Shown: positions 1 through 13,038 of the stretch, in pieces
How positions within the stretch are numbered: position 1 is the first letter of the stretch
Layout of the letters: every line of letters begins with the position of its first letter
Source: Mobula hypostoma
Taxonomy: Eukaryota
Direction: 5' to 3'
Length of the DNA: 64,000 bases
Assembly: GCF_963921235.1 (NCBI RefSeq)
Contig: NC_086097.1
Span: 32,676,001 to 32,740,000, forward strand
The notes under the pieces: model-generated
Database searches by the model: none
What the model was told of the DNA's origin: nothing
What the model saw: only the letters and a program-made list of their open reading frames with translations
Translations under genes and position numbers: made by a program

Positions 1-203
1 GGTTTTTTACTCAGAGAGTGGTTGGTGCATGGTATGCACTGCCTGAGTCAGTGGTGGAGGCAGATACACTAGTGAAGTTTAAGAGACTACTAGACAGGTA
101 TATGGAGAAATTTAATGTGGGGGATTATATGGGAGGCAGGGTTTAAGGGTCAGCACAACATTGTGGGCTGAAGGGCCTGTAACGTGCTGTACTATTCTAT
201 GTT
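1..203 (+). mobile_element. CR1-clade LINE 3' end (truncated by window edge)
   Basis: FFTQRVVGAW-type ORF2 end and 3' UTR ending 'tattctatgtt'; near-identical to the reverse complement of 22060-22262. Confidence 0.9.
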
Positions 204-543
204 AACACACTTTTCGTCCATCTTCCCTCTGGGAGAAGGCTCAGGAGCTTGAAGACTCGTAGGGCCAGATTTGGGAACAGCTTCTTTCCAACTGTGATAA
301 GACTGCTGAACGGATCCTGACCTGGATCTGGGCCGTACCTTCCAAATATCCAGACCTGCCTCTCAGTTTTTTTGCACTAGCTTACTTTCTATTTTTCTAT
401 TTTCTATTTATGGTTTATAATATAAAATTTTAATATTTACTATTGATCTGTAATCCAGGAGGTGGGAAGTGCAGAATCAAACATCGCTGTGATGATTGCA
501 CGTTCTAGTATCAATTGTTTGGCGACAATAAAGTATAAAGTAT
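204..543 (+). mobile_element. Rex1/Babar LINE 3' fragment
   Basis: Encodes HTLFVHLPSGRRLRSLKTR...FGNSFFPTVIRLLN; ends in aataaagtataaagtat tail. Confidence 0.8.
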
Positions 544-3460
544 TTGGGTGGAATTGAGGAATGGGAAAGGTGCAGTAACTCTTATGGGGGTGTATTATAG
601 ACCACCAAATGGGCAGCGAGAATTGGAGGAGCAAATTTGTAAGGAGATAGCAGATATTAGTAGTAGGCACAAGGTTGTGATTGTGGGAGATTTTAATTTT
701 CCACACATAGACTGGGAAGCCCATACTGTAAAAGGGCTGGATGGTTTGGAGTTTGTAAAATGTATGCAAGATAGTTTTTTGCAGCAATACATAGAGCCAC
801 CAACTAGAGAAGGGGCAGTGTTGGATCTCCTGTTAGGGAATGAGATAGGTCAGGTGAAGGAGGTTTGTGTTGGGGAGCACTTGGGGTCCAGTGATCACAA
901 TGCTATTAGTTTCAATATAAATATGGAGAAGGATAGGACTGGACCCAGGGTTGAGATTTTTGATTGGAGAAAGGCAAATTTTGAGGAGATGTAAAAGGAT
1001 TTAGAAGGAGTAGATTGGGACAACTTGTTTTATGGGAAGGATGTAATAGAGAAATGGAGGTCATTCAAAGGTGAAATTTTGAGAGTACAGAATCTTTATG
1101 GTCCTGTTAGGTTAAAAGGAAAGGTTAAAAGTTTGAGAGAGCCATGGTTTTCAAGGGATATTGGAAACTTAGTTCGGAAAAAAAAGAGAGATCTACAATA
1201 AATATAGACAGCATGGAGTAAATGAGGTGCTCAAGGAATATAAAGAATGTAAAGGCATCCGTTAGTCTTGCAAGACCATGGATCTGCGCCTGGAAAGTCT
1301 TCACTCTCCAGGGCGCAGGCCTGGGCAAGGTTGTATGGAAGACCAGCAGTTGCCCATGCTGCAAGTCTCCCCTCTCCACAACACCAATGTTGTCCAAGGG
1401 AAGGGCATTAGGACCCATACAGCTTGGCACCAGTGTCATCGCAGAGCAATGTGTGATTAAGTGCCTTGCTCAAGGACACAACACGTTTCCTCGACTGGGG
1501 CTCGAACTCATGACCTTCAGGTCGCTAGTCCAATGCCTTAACCACTTAGCCACGTGCCCACATTAAAGAATGTAAAAAGAATCTTTAAGAAAGAAATTAG
1601 AAAAGCTGAAAGAAGATATGAGGTTGCTTTGGCAAGTAAGGTGAAAATAAATCCAAAGGGTTTCTACCGTTATATAAATAGCAAAAGGATAGTGAGGGAT
1701 AAAATCAGTCCCTTAGAGAATCAGAGTGGATGGCTATGTGTGAAGCCAAAAGAGATGGGGAGATTCTTTACAATTTCTTTTCTTCGGTATTCACTAAGGA
1801 GAAGGATATTGAATTGTGTAAGATAAGGGAAATGGGTAGGGAAGTTATGGAAACTATGATGATTAAAGAAGTAGTAGTACTGGAGCTTTTAAGGAATATA
1901 AAAGTGGATAAGTCTCCGGGTCCTTACAGGATATTCCCTAGGACATTGAGGGAAGTTAGTGTTTGAAATGACAGAAATATTTCAAATGTCATTAGAAACG
2001 GGGATGGTGCCGGAGGATTGGCATATTGCTCATGTTGTTCCACTGTTTAAAAAGGGTTCTAACAGTAAACCTAGCAATTATCGGCCTGTGAGTTTGACCT
2101 CAGTGGTGGGTAAATTGATGAAAAGTATTCTTAGAGTTGGTATATATAATTATCTGGATAGACAGGGTCTGATTAGGAACAGTCAACATGGATTTGTGCA
2201 TGGAAGGTCATGTTTGACAAATCTTATTGAATTTTTTGAAGCGGTTACTAGGAATGTTGACGAGGGTAAAACGGTGGATGTTGTCTATATGGACTTCAGT
2301 AAGGCCTTTGACAAGGTCCCACACGGAAGGTTGGTTAGGAAGGTTCAATCATTAGGTATTAATATTGAAGTAGTAAAATGGATTCAGCAGTGGCTGGATG
2401 GGAGACACCAGAGAGTGGTGATGGAAAACTGTTTGTCAGATTGGAGGCCGGTGACTAGTGGCGTGCCTCAGGGATCGGTACTGGGTCCAATGTTATTTGT
2501 CATATACATTAATGATCTGGATGATGGGGTGGTAAATTGGATTAGTAAGTATGCAGATGATACTAAGATAGGTGGAGATGTGGATAATGAAGTAGGTTTT
2601 CAAAGCTTGCAGAGAGATTTAGGCCAGTTAGAAGAGTGGGCTGAAAGATGGCAGATGGAGTTTAATGCTGATAAATGTGAAGTGCTACATTTTGGTAGGA
2701 CTATAGGACATACATGGTAAATGGTAGGGCATTGAAGAATGCAGTAGAACAGAGGGATCTAGGAATAATGGTGCGTAGTTCCCTGAAGGTGGAATCTCAT
2801 GTGGATAGGGTGGTGAAGAAAGCGTTTGGTATGCTGGCCTTTATAAATCAGAGCATTGAGTATAGGAGTTGGGATGTAATGTTGAAATTGTACAAGGAAT
2901 TGGTGAGGCCAAATTTGGAGTACTGTGTACAGTTTTGGTCACCAAATTATAGGAAAGATGTCAACAAAATAGAGAGAGTACAGAGAAGATTTACTAGAAT
3001 GTTACCTGGGTTTCATCACCTAAGTTACAGAGAAAGGTTGAACAAGTTGGGTCTTTATTCTTCGGAGCATAGAAGGTTGAGGGGGGACTTGATAGAGGTG
3101 TTTAAAATTATGAGGGGGATAGATAGAGTTGACGTGGATAGGCTTTTTCCATTGAGAGTGGGGGAGATTCAAACAAGAGGACATGAGTTGAGAGTTAAAG
3201 GGCAAAAGTTTAGGGGTCACATGAGGGGGAACTTCTCTACTCAGAGTGGTAGCTGTGTGGAACGAGCTTCCAGCAGAAGTGGTTGAGGCAGTTTCGATGT
3301 TGTCGTTTAAAGTTAAACTGGACAGCTATATGGACAGGAAAGGAATGTAGGGTTATGGGCTGAGTGCAAGTCGGTGGGACTAGGTGAGAGTAAGAGATCG
3401 GCACAGACTAGAAGGGTTGAGATGGCCTGTTTCCGTGCTCTAATTGTTATATGGTTATAT
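544..3460 (+). mobile_element. CR1 LINE, near-complete disrupted ORF2 (APE endonuclease + RT) with 3' tail
   Basis: ORFs 548-994 (GVYYRPP, GDFNFP, SDH), 1959-2720 (GVPQGSVLGP, YADD), 2714-3286; tail 'gttatatggttatat'; stops/frameshifts; SINE inserted at 1250. Confidence 0.95.
1250..1563 (-). mobile_element. tRNA-derived CORE-type SINE, copy 1
   Basis: Minus strand A box TGGCTAAGTGG, B box GAGTTCGAGCC, CORE-like gtgtccttgagcaaggcacttaa; TSD taaagaatg at 1241-1249 and 1564-1572. Confidence 0.9.
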
Positions 3461-3959
3461 TAAGTGGGGGAGGGGGAGGGTCACTGCTTTCTGCTGCTTG
3501 TTTGTGAGAGCAGGGATCTTTGGGGTTCTAATGCTTTTACAGTCACTCATTGTTTGGGGCACTCTTCATGGATGTCTGCGAAGGACAAGAGTTTCAGGCT
3601 GTATATTGTATACATTTCTTTGAAATTAAATGAAACTACTGATTGAAAGTAATGTGTGCATGCTGCCCTAGATTTCCAGCATCTGCAGAGTCTCTTGTGT
3701 TTGTGAATGGATAATGGTTCAGCTTTTTTCTGATCACTTGAGACTGGCTTCATCAACCAAAGCCACAATAGCACAGCCTGTTTAATCAAACAGCAGAAAT
3801 GTAACTGAGAACCCATCTACTTACTCAGATTCGTAACAGGCCAGGATGAATAACAGCTGAGATGGTTGCTTCAGTGTGGTGTTTTGTTTGAGTGTGGCTG
3901 CGAGTGAATTTGAGGGATCAGTGTGATTTGTCTTCCATGTTTAATTCATCCATGTGACT

Positions 3960-4260
3960 GGGATGTTGCTGGTTTAGGCAGGTCCATTCCTATTTGCCCC
4001 CACACTGGGTGGCTCAACAAGCCATTTCAGAAGGCTATTAAAATTCCACCACATTGTTGTAGTCTGGAGTACATATAGACTGGACAGAATTAGTGAACCA
4101 GGTGGGCTTCTGACCGTGCAATAGTTACATGGCACCATTATGATGAGCAACTTACTTAAAAAAAATCCAAATTTAATTAATTACTTTCATTTTAATTATT
4201 CAAAATCCTCAATTGCCAAAGTGGGATTCAAACTATCGATCCATATTTGGCTAATCCAGG
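3960..4260 (-). mobile_element. Old degenerate SINE (possibly Deu-domain/SacSINE-like)
   Basis: Degenerate 'tgccaaagtgggattcaaact' B-box region; similar text at about 58350-58450; family assignment from memory only. Confidence 0.35.
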
Positions 4261-4789
4261 GGTCAACACTGAAGATAGGAGCCAGAAGATCAATTGGTAG
4301 TCCAGAAGTCAAAGTCTGGAGTTGAGACTGGAGGCCTATCATTGAGTTAGATGACTGTCCTCACATGTAGATGGGTAGGTGTGTGGGTTGGAGGGAGAAA
4401 AGGGGTTAGCTTTGCTGATATTTTGTTGTTTGTTGTGTCCTGGTTTGTAGTGTTCCGTGTTATTTTGTGAGCATTTTGAGTGTGGTATGTTTGCGCCAGA
4501 ATGTGTGGTGACACTTGCGAGCTGCCCGCAGCACATCCCTAGGTGTTAGCGCAAACGACACATTTCACTGTATGTTGCAATGTACATGGGATAGATAAAT
4601 GAATCTGAAACTCAAGCCACTGATCAACAGGGTATGAGATCTCACTGCTCTCTCTTTAAAAGATGGCAGTTATACATGTATGAAAACCCAGTGTGAAAAG
4701 GTTGCAAGGACCAGAACTCGAAACAAGCTGTGCATTTGAAAATGGATCAGCTTTTGCTTTGAAGCTGCATCTCAGAGTGTGTTCCATAC

Positions 4790-4972
4790 CACGACTTGAA
4801 GTTGTTCGGACTGTTTCAGTCTCGTAATAGCTCTGTTCTGCTGTGATACCAGTGGAAACCGTCTCCTTCTGCAGGTATCGATTGAGTTCCATCTGAATGA
4901 GATATTGGTCCTCCTGCTGCATCGGACGATTCTTCCGGCTTTTCAACTGGAGAGCTGTTGCCTCTGTACATC
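4790..4972 (-). CDS. ATG2B: ATG2B coding exon 8 (183 nt, phase 1-1)
   Basis: CTEATALQLKSRKNRPMQQEDQYLIQMELNRYLQKE...SYYETETVRTTSSR matches human RKNRPMQQEDEYRIQMELNRY; ttgttcag acceptor, gtatgg donor. Confidence 0.95.
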
Positions 4973-7372
4973 CTGAACAAGCCACAGACAGCTATATAAT
5001 TGATCCATCTTCAACAGACTATTCATTTCAACCAACTAAAGACAAAAATCACCTACATATATACAGCACCTTATCCTGAATGATCAGTTTGAGTGCCTTA
5101 GGTACTGTTGGGCAGCTCAATTTTAGATCTCTGCACTCCTCCATTTCTGACTCTACTCCATCCCTGCCCTTCATTGCTTACTGTTGCTGGCTGTGCCAAC
5201 AGCTCCTGAACACCATCCCAAACCTCCACATTTCAACAATCCTCTCTTCTTTTTCACTCCTTCAGAAAACCTGCCTTTTGAAATAATCATATCACTTCTA
5301 CCATCTTCCTGCATGGCTTGGATGTCAAATTCTATAATTAAGCATCTGATAACCTCCTTGGGATATTGCCACATTAAGGTCACTCTGAAAATGCAATAAC
5401 ATCAGAAGATGTTAGAAATACTCCAACAGATCAAGCAGCATCTGTGGAGAGAGAAATATGACAGGACAAAGATCTTTCTTCGGAATGTTCCTGAGTATCT
5501 CCAGTATTTTGTTTTTATACTTCAAATTTCCAGAAGACAATTATTTTACTTTGGTGCATAACTGCAAAAAGTTTAAGTCAAAAATGTTAGAGGACTTCAG
5601 GAAAATGTTGTGCCTATCTTGAGATTGCCGTGTAATCTTTGATGTTCAGCTGAATGGATCAAGAGGACCCATGACTCTTCAAGCATTAGTCAAGAGGTAA
5701 CAATGCACAGGACCATTGAAGCTTGCATGATGATAGATCATTTTAGCAGATGCGATTACACTGAAATTCTACAAAAGCATTGTGATACCCTCCCTGCCTT
5801 GCTACCTACCCATTTGAAATATTATAGTCATAGAGTTATACAACATATAAACAGAGCCTTCGGTCCACTTGAATTGTCCATTACTCATCTATAATAATTC
5901 CATTTACCAGCATATTCAGATTTTCTCACTGTTACTGCTGAGCAGGACGTATAGAAGTCTGAAGTCCTACGATTGCCATGGATCTGTCTGTGACTGTGGG
6001 GGAGTTTTGGTGCAAAATAAAACAATCTGCAGTCTTTTGTCCCCACTGTCTTGAATAATTTACATTGTAGGAATCCATTTACCTATGATGCTACTGCAAG
6101 CTAGATTACTTGTGCATTTGATAATAAACTTGAATTGACTTGAGCATTTGGTCAAAATGATTCAAGATCTCATCTGGATATTTTTAAAATGTTATGAGAG
6201 TACATTTCATCTTGCATACACTGGAATTTAGTTCTATCTGCCATTGTTTCCATAAGATATGGGAATAGAATTAGGCCATTTGATCCATTGAGTCTGTTCC
6301 ACATTTGACCGTGGCTGATTTATTTTCCCTCTCAACCCCATTCTCCATGTAATCTTTTATGTTCTTACTAATTAAGGACCTAGCAACCTCCACTATAAAT
6401 ATATCCCATGATTTTGTCTCCACAGTTGTCATTGGCAATGAATTCCACAAATTGACCCCCTCTGGCTAAAGAAACTCCTCCTCATCTCTGTTCTGAAGGG
6501 ATCTCCTTTTATTTGGAGGCTACATCCTCTGGTCCTAGACTTACCCCCCCCCCCCACAGAAACATCCTTACTACATCCAATCTTATCGAGATCTTTCAAT
6601 ATTTGGTAGGTTTCATTGATGAGCCCAGCTCATCAAAATCAGTCTGCAACCCATCAGCTATCAGCTTCCAGCATTTACTATGTTGTATTTTTCAGTTCTT
6701 TCACCATCATCAGAAGCTGACTAACACTGGAAATGAGAAAGCAGCAACACACAAGTTCAGGAAGATAACAACTCAAGTGACAGCACTGGGTCTCTGGAAG
6801 GCAAAGCATATGCTGCTTTCCTTGACTGATCTGCTCTCATCTGCCTGACTTGAATTAAGGCAGTAAATCTCCATATTGGAATAAAGTATTTTATAAAACA
6901 TAAAATACAAGATGCTACAGAATGAAATTGAGTATTTTATTAGTTTACTAATCTTATATCTTGCAGATAAGAGAAAATAAAATCTCGTCCTGGCCTGTTA
7001 AATAATTTGAATCAACTTTGTGGGAAAAATATATCAGATTAAAAATTAGCTTTATTTGTCACATGTACATTCTGTGTCAACAATCAACACAGTCCGAGGA
7101 TGTGCCAGGAGGTGCCTGCAAGTGTCGCCATGCTTCAGGTGCCAGCAGAGCAAGCTCACAACTTACTAAGTGGTGGGTGTGAGGAGAGTAAACAAGAGTG
7201 GGATGGAATGTGGGTAAGTCACCCTTTTGGTAACTACAGACTAATCACCAGGCAAGTAGTCACACAGCAGACAGCCTGAGAATAATGCAATGTTTAACAC
7301 ATAAAGGAAAGATGAAAATCAGGAAGAGAAATTCATACATTCCAAGAACAAAAAAATTCCTCAAGGACTGAC

Positions 7373-7469
7373 CTGGCAGTAGGATGGTTCCAAACATATC
7401 CAGGAGCAGGTGGACCTGTCGTGGAGACAGGAAGAATTTGATGCATTCTATCTGCCCCTCCACATCCAG
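7373..7469 (-). CDS. ATG2B: ATG2B coding exon 7 (97 nt)
   Basis: LDVEGQIECIKFFLSPRQVHLLLDMFGTILLP; ctacag acceptor, gtcagt donor. Confidence 0.95.
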
Positions 7470-7821
7470 CTGTAGAAGATAAAAACCGTTTAGTCACATC
7501 CTCTGAAACACTAGAATATTAGAAGCAAGAGGAAGCCATTCAGCCTCTTGAACCTGCAATGCCATTCAATAAAGTCACGGATAATCTTTTACCTCAGTGT
7601 TACTTCCTTATTTTTGTATCACTAAATTTAATTTAAAACAACAATCTCTGTCTTGAACATAGTCAGTGACTAAGACTCTACAACTTTTCAGTATAAAGAC
7701 TTCCAAAATTCACCGCTCCTTAGATAAAAGATCCTTCTTCTCATTTTAAAGATGTAAAAGATAATAAGTTTAGATCGAGTGGCCAGCCAGAGACTTTTTC
7801 CCAAGGTGGACATCACTAATA

Positions 7822-8550
7822 CAGGTCGACCTTCTATAATCCGGCACCACTGGGACCTGAGGAGTGCCAGATTAGTGAAAATGCCCAATTACAGAAGGAT
7901 CACATTAAGCAATACCTAACCGCCTCATCATACCTTTAAAATATCATGTAAATCAGTACAAGTTAGATAATAATGAAACAGAAGTATTAAATGAGTAGCA
8001 AGTGAAATTTTAATAAAGAAATACACTGTACAGGCACAGATAAAATAAAGGGTACAGGTAAATGTACAGGAATTAACTTCCCTCTTCACTCGCAGTTACT
8101 GAGGGAATCCTTGTTAGTTTCTTTTCCTCCACTTAGTAATATGCTTAAATTCATTGGGTCGCCATGTCTGATCTGAGGTTGTAGGCAGAAGAGAATGGAG
8201 CGCCGGCCAGGCAATGCTGAAGGGCAGTGCATGACTGCCAGCAGGCATGCGAGAAGCAGGTCAGCCCAGGGCGTGCCAGTTCCTTCGCCGCTGGCGGGTG
8301 AGACGGGCAGGTGCCGGGCAGCCGCGCCTCACACAAATGATATTAATAAATGCAGGAAAACAAGCAGGAAACGCATGTCTGTGCTTACAAGAGCACGCCA
8401 ACACGTGAACAGATCTAGTGCAACCAAAACAATGCGCAGTAGATTGGTATGGAGGCCCGGGAAATTACAGTTGTGCGGAAAATTTGAAATCAGTGCTAGA
8501 TTACCAAAGGAACCAGATTACAGGTAGTCGGATTAGTGAAGATCAACTTG
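7822..8550. mobile_element. Tigger/pogo-like non-autonomous DNA transposon
   Basis: About 22-bp imperfect TIRs (caggtcgaccttctataatccg / cggattagtgaagatcaacttg), TA at left flank, subterminal 'gattag/gattac' repeats; interrupts a CR1 fragment. Confidence 0.7.
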
Positions 8551-9930
8551 AAGATCAAGGGTGCATAATAATAAGAAGGCAAGTATAGGGGGAATGGCAG
8601 AAGTAGTTTTCTATTTTTACACACAGATTGGTGGGTGCGTGGAACGAACTTCCGGAGTGGTGGCAGAAGCATTAGGAACATTTAAAAGATAGGCACATGG
8701 ATGAAAGAAAAACCTCGATTACATCACCTGTCATCCACCTTCTCGCCAAAGACAGAAGGCCTAGCTCACTCAACCTTTCCACATAAGACTTGCTCTCATG
8801 CTCTACTCCACATAAGACATGCTCTCATGCTCTATTCCACATAATCCAGGCAGCATCCTGGTAAATCTTCTCTGCATCCTACCTAAAGCTTTCACATCCT
8901 TCCTATAATGAGGAAACTAGAACTAAACACAACACTCTAAGAGTAGTCTAAACAGAATTTTATAGATTCAACATCACTAATTGGCTCTTGAACTCAATCC
9001 CCAAAATAATGAAGTCCAAACATACACTTCTTAATCACTCTATCCACTTGCATTGCTACTTTGAAGGATCAATGGATGTGAACCCCAAGATTTCTTGTTC
9101 CTCCACACTGCTATTAACCTTAGGCTAAGGTCAGGTTTTGTCTCGGCGCTCCCTCTCTAATGGTAGCATAGCAGGTTTACAAGATTCTTTTGTCTCTTCT
9201 TCAGGTCTGACAAAGGGTCTCCAAACTGAAACATTATCTATTTCACTTCCAACTTTCCTGCTGACTGCTTCTAGCATTTTGTTTTTGTTTTAGACTTCCA
9301 GTATCTGCAGGGTTCTGTTTTGATTTTCCTGAGTTGGTTCTTTCTGGGTGTGGGGGTCTGCAATGGTGGGAACCAGGATACATGGTCCTTTGTGTTTCAC
9401 TTAGTGTTATCAATTACCTTTCACCAGTAACGATAAGCAAATGTAGGCAGAAGATTCAATTATCAGTACCATTCCTGTCCCTCTGGAACATCTACAGATA
9501 CCAGAATTGATTAGCAAGCCCGTGTAAAGAATTATTCTCATCCCCCTAGATCAAGGCAATGTGAAGGCAATAGAGGTACCTCAACTAACCCCAGCTAATG
9601 AGATATGGTCAAGAGCAGATCTCTAACCTTCTGGGTAGGCACACGCATGCAAAGCCTTCACCCACTGGATCTCACAAGGAAATTTAATTACAACATTTAT
9701 GGAGCAGTATCCCAATCTGCTTAACTTTTCCTAACTCGTTAAAGATTTGCTTTTCCAGATACTTAACTATCTTCCAAAATTAAGGTGGACATGATTTTGG
9801 TTCCATGGATTGCTGGTGAGGATTCAATGGACTCATAATTATCTGGATAAAAATACACCTGCAAACACATCTGTTGTTCCACAGACCATTTACTTGAAAC
9901 TTACACTATCGAGTAACTAACATTCCAACT

Positions 9931-10011
9931 CAGGGGTTCCCAACCTGGGATTGAGAGACCTCTAGCTTAATGATATTGGTCCATGGCATAAAAAAAGGTT
10001 GGAAACACCCG
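9931..10011. mobile_element. 81-bp hAT(Charlie)-like MITE, copy 1
   Basis: caggggttcccaacc...ggttggaaacacccg TIRs; homologous to 13076-13156 and 35389-35468. Confidence 0.75.
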
Positions 10012-10044
10012 CTTTAACTAGCGAAAATAACCTTATGTTTTTAT

Positions 10045-10275
10045 TTATTGTAATTTATTAAGAGATACAGCATAGTAACAAGCGCTTCTGGCCCAATGAG
10101 CCCGCATCACCCAATTACACTCATGTGACCAATTAAACTAGTAACCTGAAATGTGGGAGGAAACTGGAGCACCCAGAGGAAACCCACACAGTCACAGGTA
10201 GAATGTACAAACACCTTACAGTCAACAGCAGAATTGAACCCAGGTCACTGGCGGTTTAATTGCATTATGCTCTGT
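10045..10275 (-). mobile_element. V-domain tRNA-SINE with CR1-like tail (HE1-like)
   Basis: V-domain gtgggtttcctctgggtgctccagtttcctcccaca; B box gggttcaatt; tail resembles local CR1 3' UTRs. Confidence 0.75.
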
Positions 10276-10689
10276 GCCCCCCCCCACCAAATTAATAAGC
10301 CCTCTAAAGCAACCCCTCTGTTCTACATTTACAAATGAAAAGTGCCCCGATTAACCTTCTGCACCCGCCTTATTGAAGTTGGAGATTATATTCATTATGA
10401 TATAAAATCAAAACTTTCTTTCACTGCCCGCTGAATTATCCTGGAATGTACATTGAGTAATTTTTGGGAATTACTCCCAAATATTTGCAATCCAAGTCAT
10501 TTAAATTAAGGTTATTTATCTCTAAATGGCTAGAGGCCATGGCAGAATAATTTATACAGGATCTATATGCAGTTATTGGCTTTGATGAGTCAAGCAATTT
10601 TTTTTTGGCCATGACTTAGCAGACTTGGATGTCTACACTGTCATTGGCAGGGCAAGTGCCTGCCTCAATCCTACAGTTTAAGTAAAAAG

Positions 10690-11230
10690 GGTTTTAAGTA
10701 AAAAGCTGGGAAGGGATAGATGGAAGAGGTAAAGAAGAAGAAATCGAACAGGAGAGGAGAAAGGGAAGAAGGAGGGGAACCAGAATGGAGAATGAATACA
10801 GGGGCAAAAAATTACTGGAAGTTAGAGAAATCAATGTTCATGCCATCAGGTTGGAGGCTGCCCAGATGGAATATGAGGTGTTGCTCCTCCAACCTGTGTA
10901 TGGCCAAACGTGGCAGTGGACGAGGCCATACTGGGAGCACCAGAAACATTAGATGACCCTGACGGACTTGTAGGTAAAATGTTACCTCACTTGGAAGGAC
11001 TGTTTGGGGCCCTGAATAAGGGAGAGGAAGGAGGCTCTGGGGCAAGTGTAACACTTGTCCTGCTTGCAGGGATAAGTGCCAAGAGGGAGATCATTGGGGA
11101 GAGATGGATGGACCAGGGAGTCACATAGATAGCAATTCCTAAGGAAAGCAGGGAGTGGAGGGGGAGGTGTTGTTGAGGGGGGAACATAAAGATGTGGTTA
11201 GTAATAGAATCCCATTGGGGATGGGTAGTT
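10690..11230 (-). mobile_element. Penelope-like element, degenerate GIY-YIG end
   Basis: RLEEQHLIFHLGSLQPDGMNIDFSNF, homologous to 42967-43293. Confidence 0.85.
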
Positions 11231-11487
11231 TCTAACAGAGCCTAAGTGATAAAATGTAATATATCCCACTGAAAGGTTATTTTTTTGTCAAAACTTCTAT
11301 TATAATCCTTAACTATAATACTGGAACTGATGTTTGTAGACATTATTTTATATGGGGTTACTGATTCTAGTTGCTCAAGTTCTGATCTTTGAGGAATGCT
11401 TATGCTATTGGTGGCAATTAGGCATTCAAATTTTCTGTATCCAGCCTATTTGTTCAAGAAGGATAGGGGTACTTGGCAGCTTCTGAC

Positions 11488-11667
11488 CTTGGCAACTGGA
11501 AGTGCTTCATTCTGCTTTAAGGTGAATTCCAGCTCCATCTTCCCTTCACAGCTTCCAATCTGGACTGGATCAAAGTGAATGGCATCAGATGTTTTCCTTG
11601 TGAACTGGGGGTGAGGTTCAGAAACTATCTTTGGGTTCCAGCTTGGAGAAAGTTTTGGCTCCATTTC
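11488..11667 (-). CDS. ATG2B: ATG2B coding exon 6 (180 nt, phase 0-0)
   Basis: EMEPKLSPSWNPKIVSEPHPQFTR...DPVQIG...TLKQNEALPVAK; ttttcacag acceptor, gtcaga donor. Confidence 0.95.
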
Positions 11668-12114
11668 CTGTGAAAAAAGACATCATTAGCAGAATGAGCT
11701 ATTGTAAAAGAATCACAAGATAAGAATTGTCCCATGTAAGTACATTGAAACATGCAGTAACATGGGTCATTGGGTGTCAACAGCAAACACAGGATTGTGC
11801 TGTGCAGCCCACAAGTTTTTCGGCACCAACAGCATGGCCACAATTTATTAACTCTAACCCATACGCCTTTGGAATGAAGGAGAAAAGCCATGTGTCAAGA
11901 TGAGGACATACAACCTCCTTACCGACAGCAGCAGGAATTGGAACCGATTTTACAGGTAACGCCATAAAGTGTGCACTATCTGCTACACTACTGTGCTGCC
12001 CCCATGTTAGTTAGCCTTAGCTTGCTTAGTAATGGCTTCAAATGTGAGTTGGCCGACAGATGTTCTGTGTTCCAATCTATAGTACAAATGTGTTACTTGC
12101 ACAGACTGGATTAG

Positions 12115-12455
12115 ACAACTTTTGCTTTATTTGTCACATGTACTGTACTTCAAAATATCAAAAGATACAGTGAAATGCATTATTTCTGCAAATGACCAAT
12201 ACAGTTTTAGGATTTGCTGGAGACAGCCCACAAATGTCACAGTACTTTGGACACCAACATAGCATTGCCCACACTTACTAGTCTTAACTATATGTCTTTT
12301 TATTTTAAATGTGGGAGGGAATCAGAGCACCTGGAAGAAACCTACCCAGTCACAGAGTGAACATATAAACTCCTTACAGACAGTGGCAGGAATTGAACCC
12401 CAATCACCGGTGCTGTAAAGCACTGCACTAACCCCTAACCCCTACACAACTGCGC
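12115..12455 (-). mobile_element. V-domain tRNA-SINE with Rex1-like tail (representative; other copies about 11735-12000, 15135-15430, 17075-17370 +, 24590-24905, 25055-25365 +, 55150-55420)
   Basis: B box gggttcaattcc, V-domain, tail 'catttcactgta...gtacatgtgacaaataaagc'. Confidence 0.8.
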
Positions 12456-12806
12456 CATCTATAGATGAGTTATATTTCAGGTAAGATTTATTCTCTGTCA
12501 ATTTTTCGGATATTATAGATTCTACCAGGATTCTACAGGTTCAGTTATGATATTTCATTATATTAGTTTTGCTTGCACATGACACAGATGAGGGTGCACA
12601 TAGTCTATCTGTACAAGGCATTGTTAAGGCATTGTTAAGGCCTCGGGTGGGAAGAAACGATGAGAAATGGCAGCATTGACTAATGAGAATATTGCTGCAC
12701 AGGGGAAAGAGAATGTCATAGAGGCATACAGCATCAAAACAGGCCAGTCAGCCCAATTGGTCCATGCCAACCAAGATGCCCATCTAATCTAGTCCCATTT
12801 GTCCAC

Positions 12807-13038
12807 GCAACACACATCAAAGTTGCTGGTGAATGCAGCAGGCCAGGCAGCATCTCTAGGAAGAGGTACAGTCGACGTTTCAGGCCGAGACCCTTCGTTA
12901 GTCCTGACGAAGGGTCTCGGCCTGAAACGTCGACTGTACCTCTTCTTAGAGATGCTGCCTGGCCTGCTGCGTTCACCAGCAACCTTGATGTGTGTTGCTT
13001 GAATTTCTAGCATCTGCAGAATTCCTGTTGTTTGTTGT
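12807..13038 (+). mobile_element. Penelope pLTR-only insertion with 5' inversion (fold-back)
   Basis: About 92-95-bp inverted arms 12807-12998; 14-bp TSD tcccatttgtccac at 12793-12806 and 13039-13052. Confidence 0.9.
12900..12935 (+). ncRNA. Minimal type I hammerhead ribozyme (Penelope pLTR)
   Basis: agtc-CTGACGA-agg-gtctcgg-cct-GAA-ACGT-C-gact: intact core, stem I agtc/gact, stem II agg/cct, palindromic ACGT. Confidence 0.8.

Noticed and set aside
1490..1560. tRNA-like sequence (also 18530-18600 and V-SINE heads)
   Set aside because: These are SINE heads continuous with a SINE body and TSDs, not tRNA genes.
8195..8527. 110-aa GC-rich ORF
   Set aside because: Lies inside a MITE and has no recognisable motif.
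8778..8845. 29-bp tandem duplication; similar short ones at about 12615-12640 and 13488-13523
   Set aside because: Only two units, no spacers; ordinary slippage, not a CRISPR-like array.
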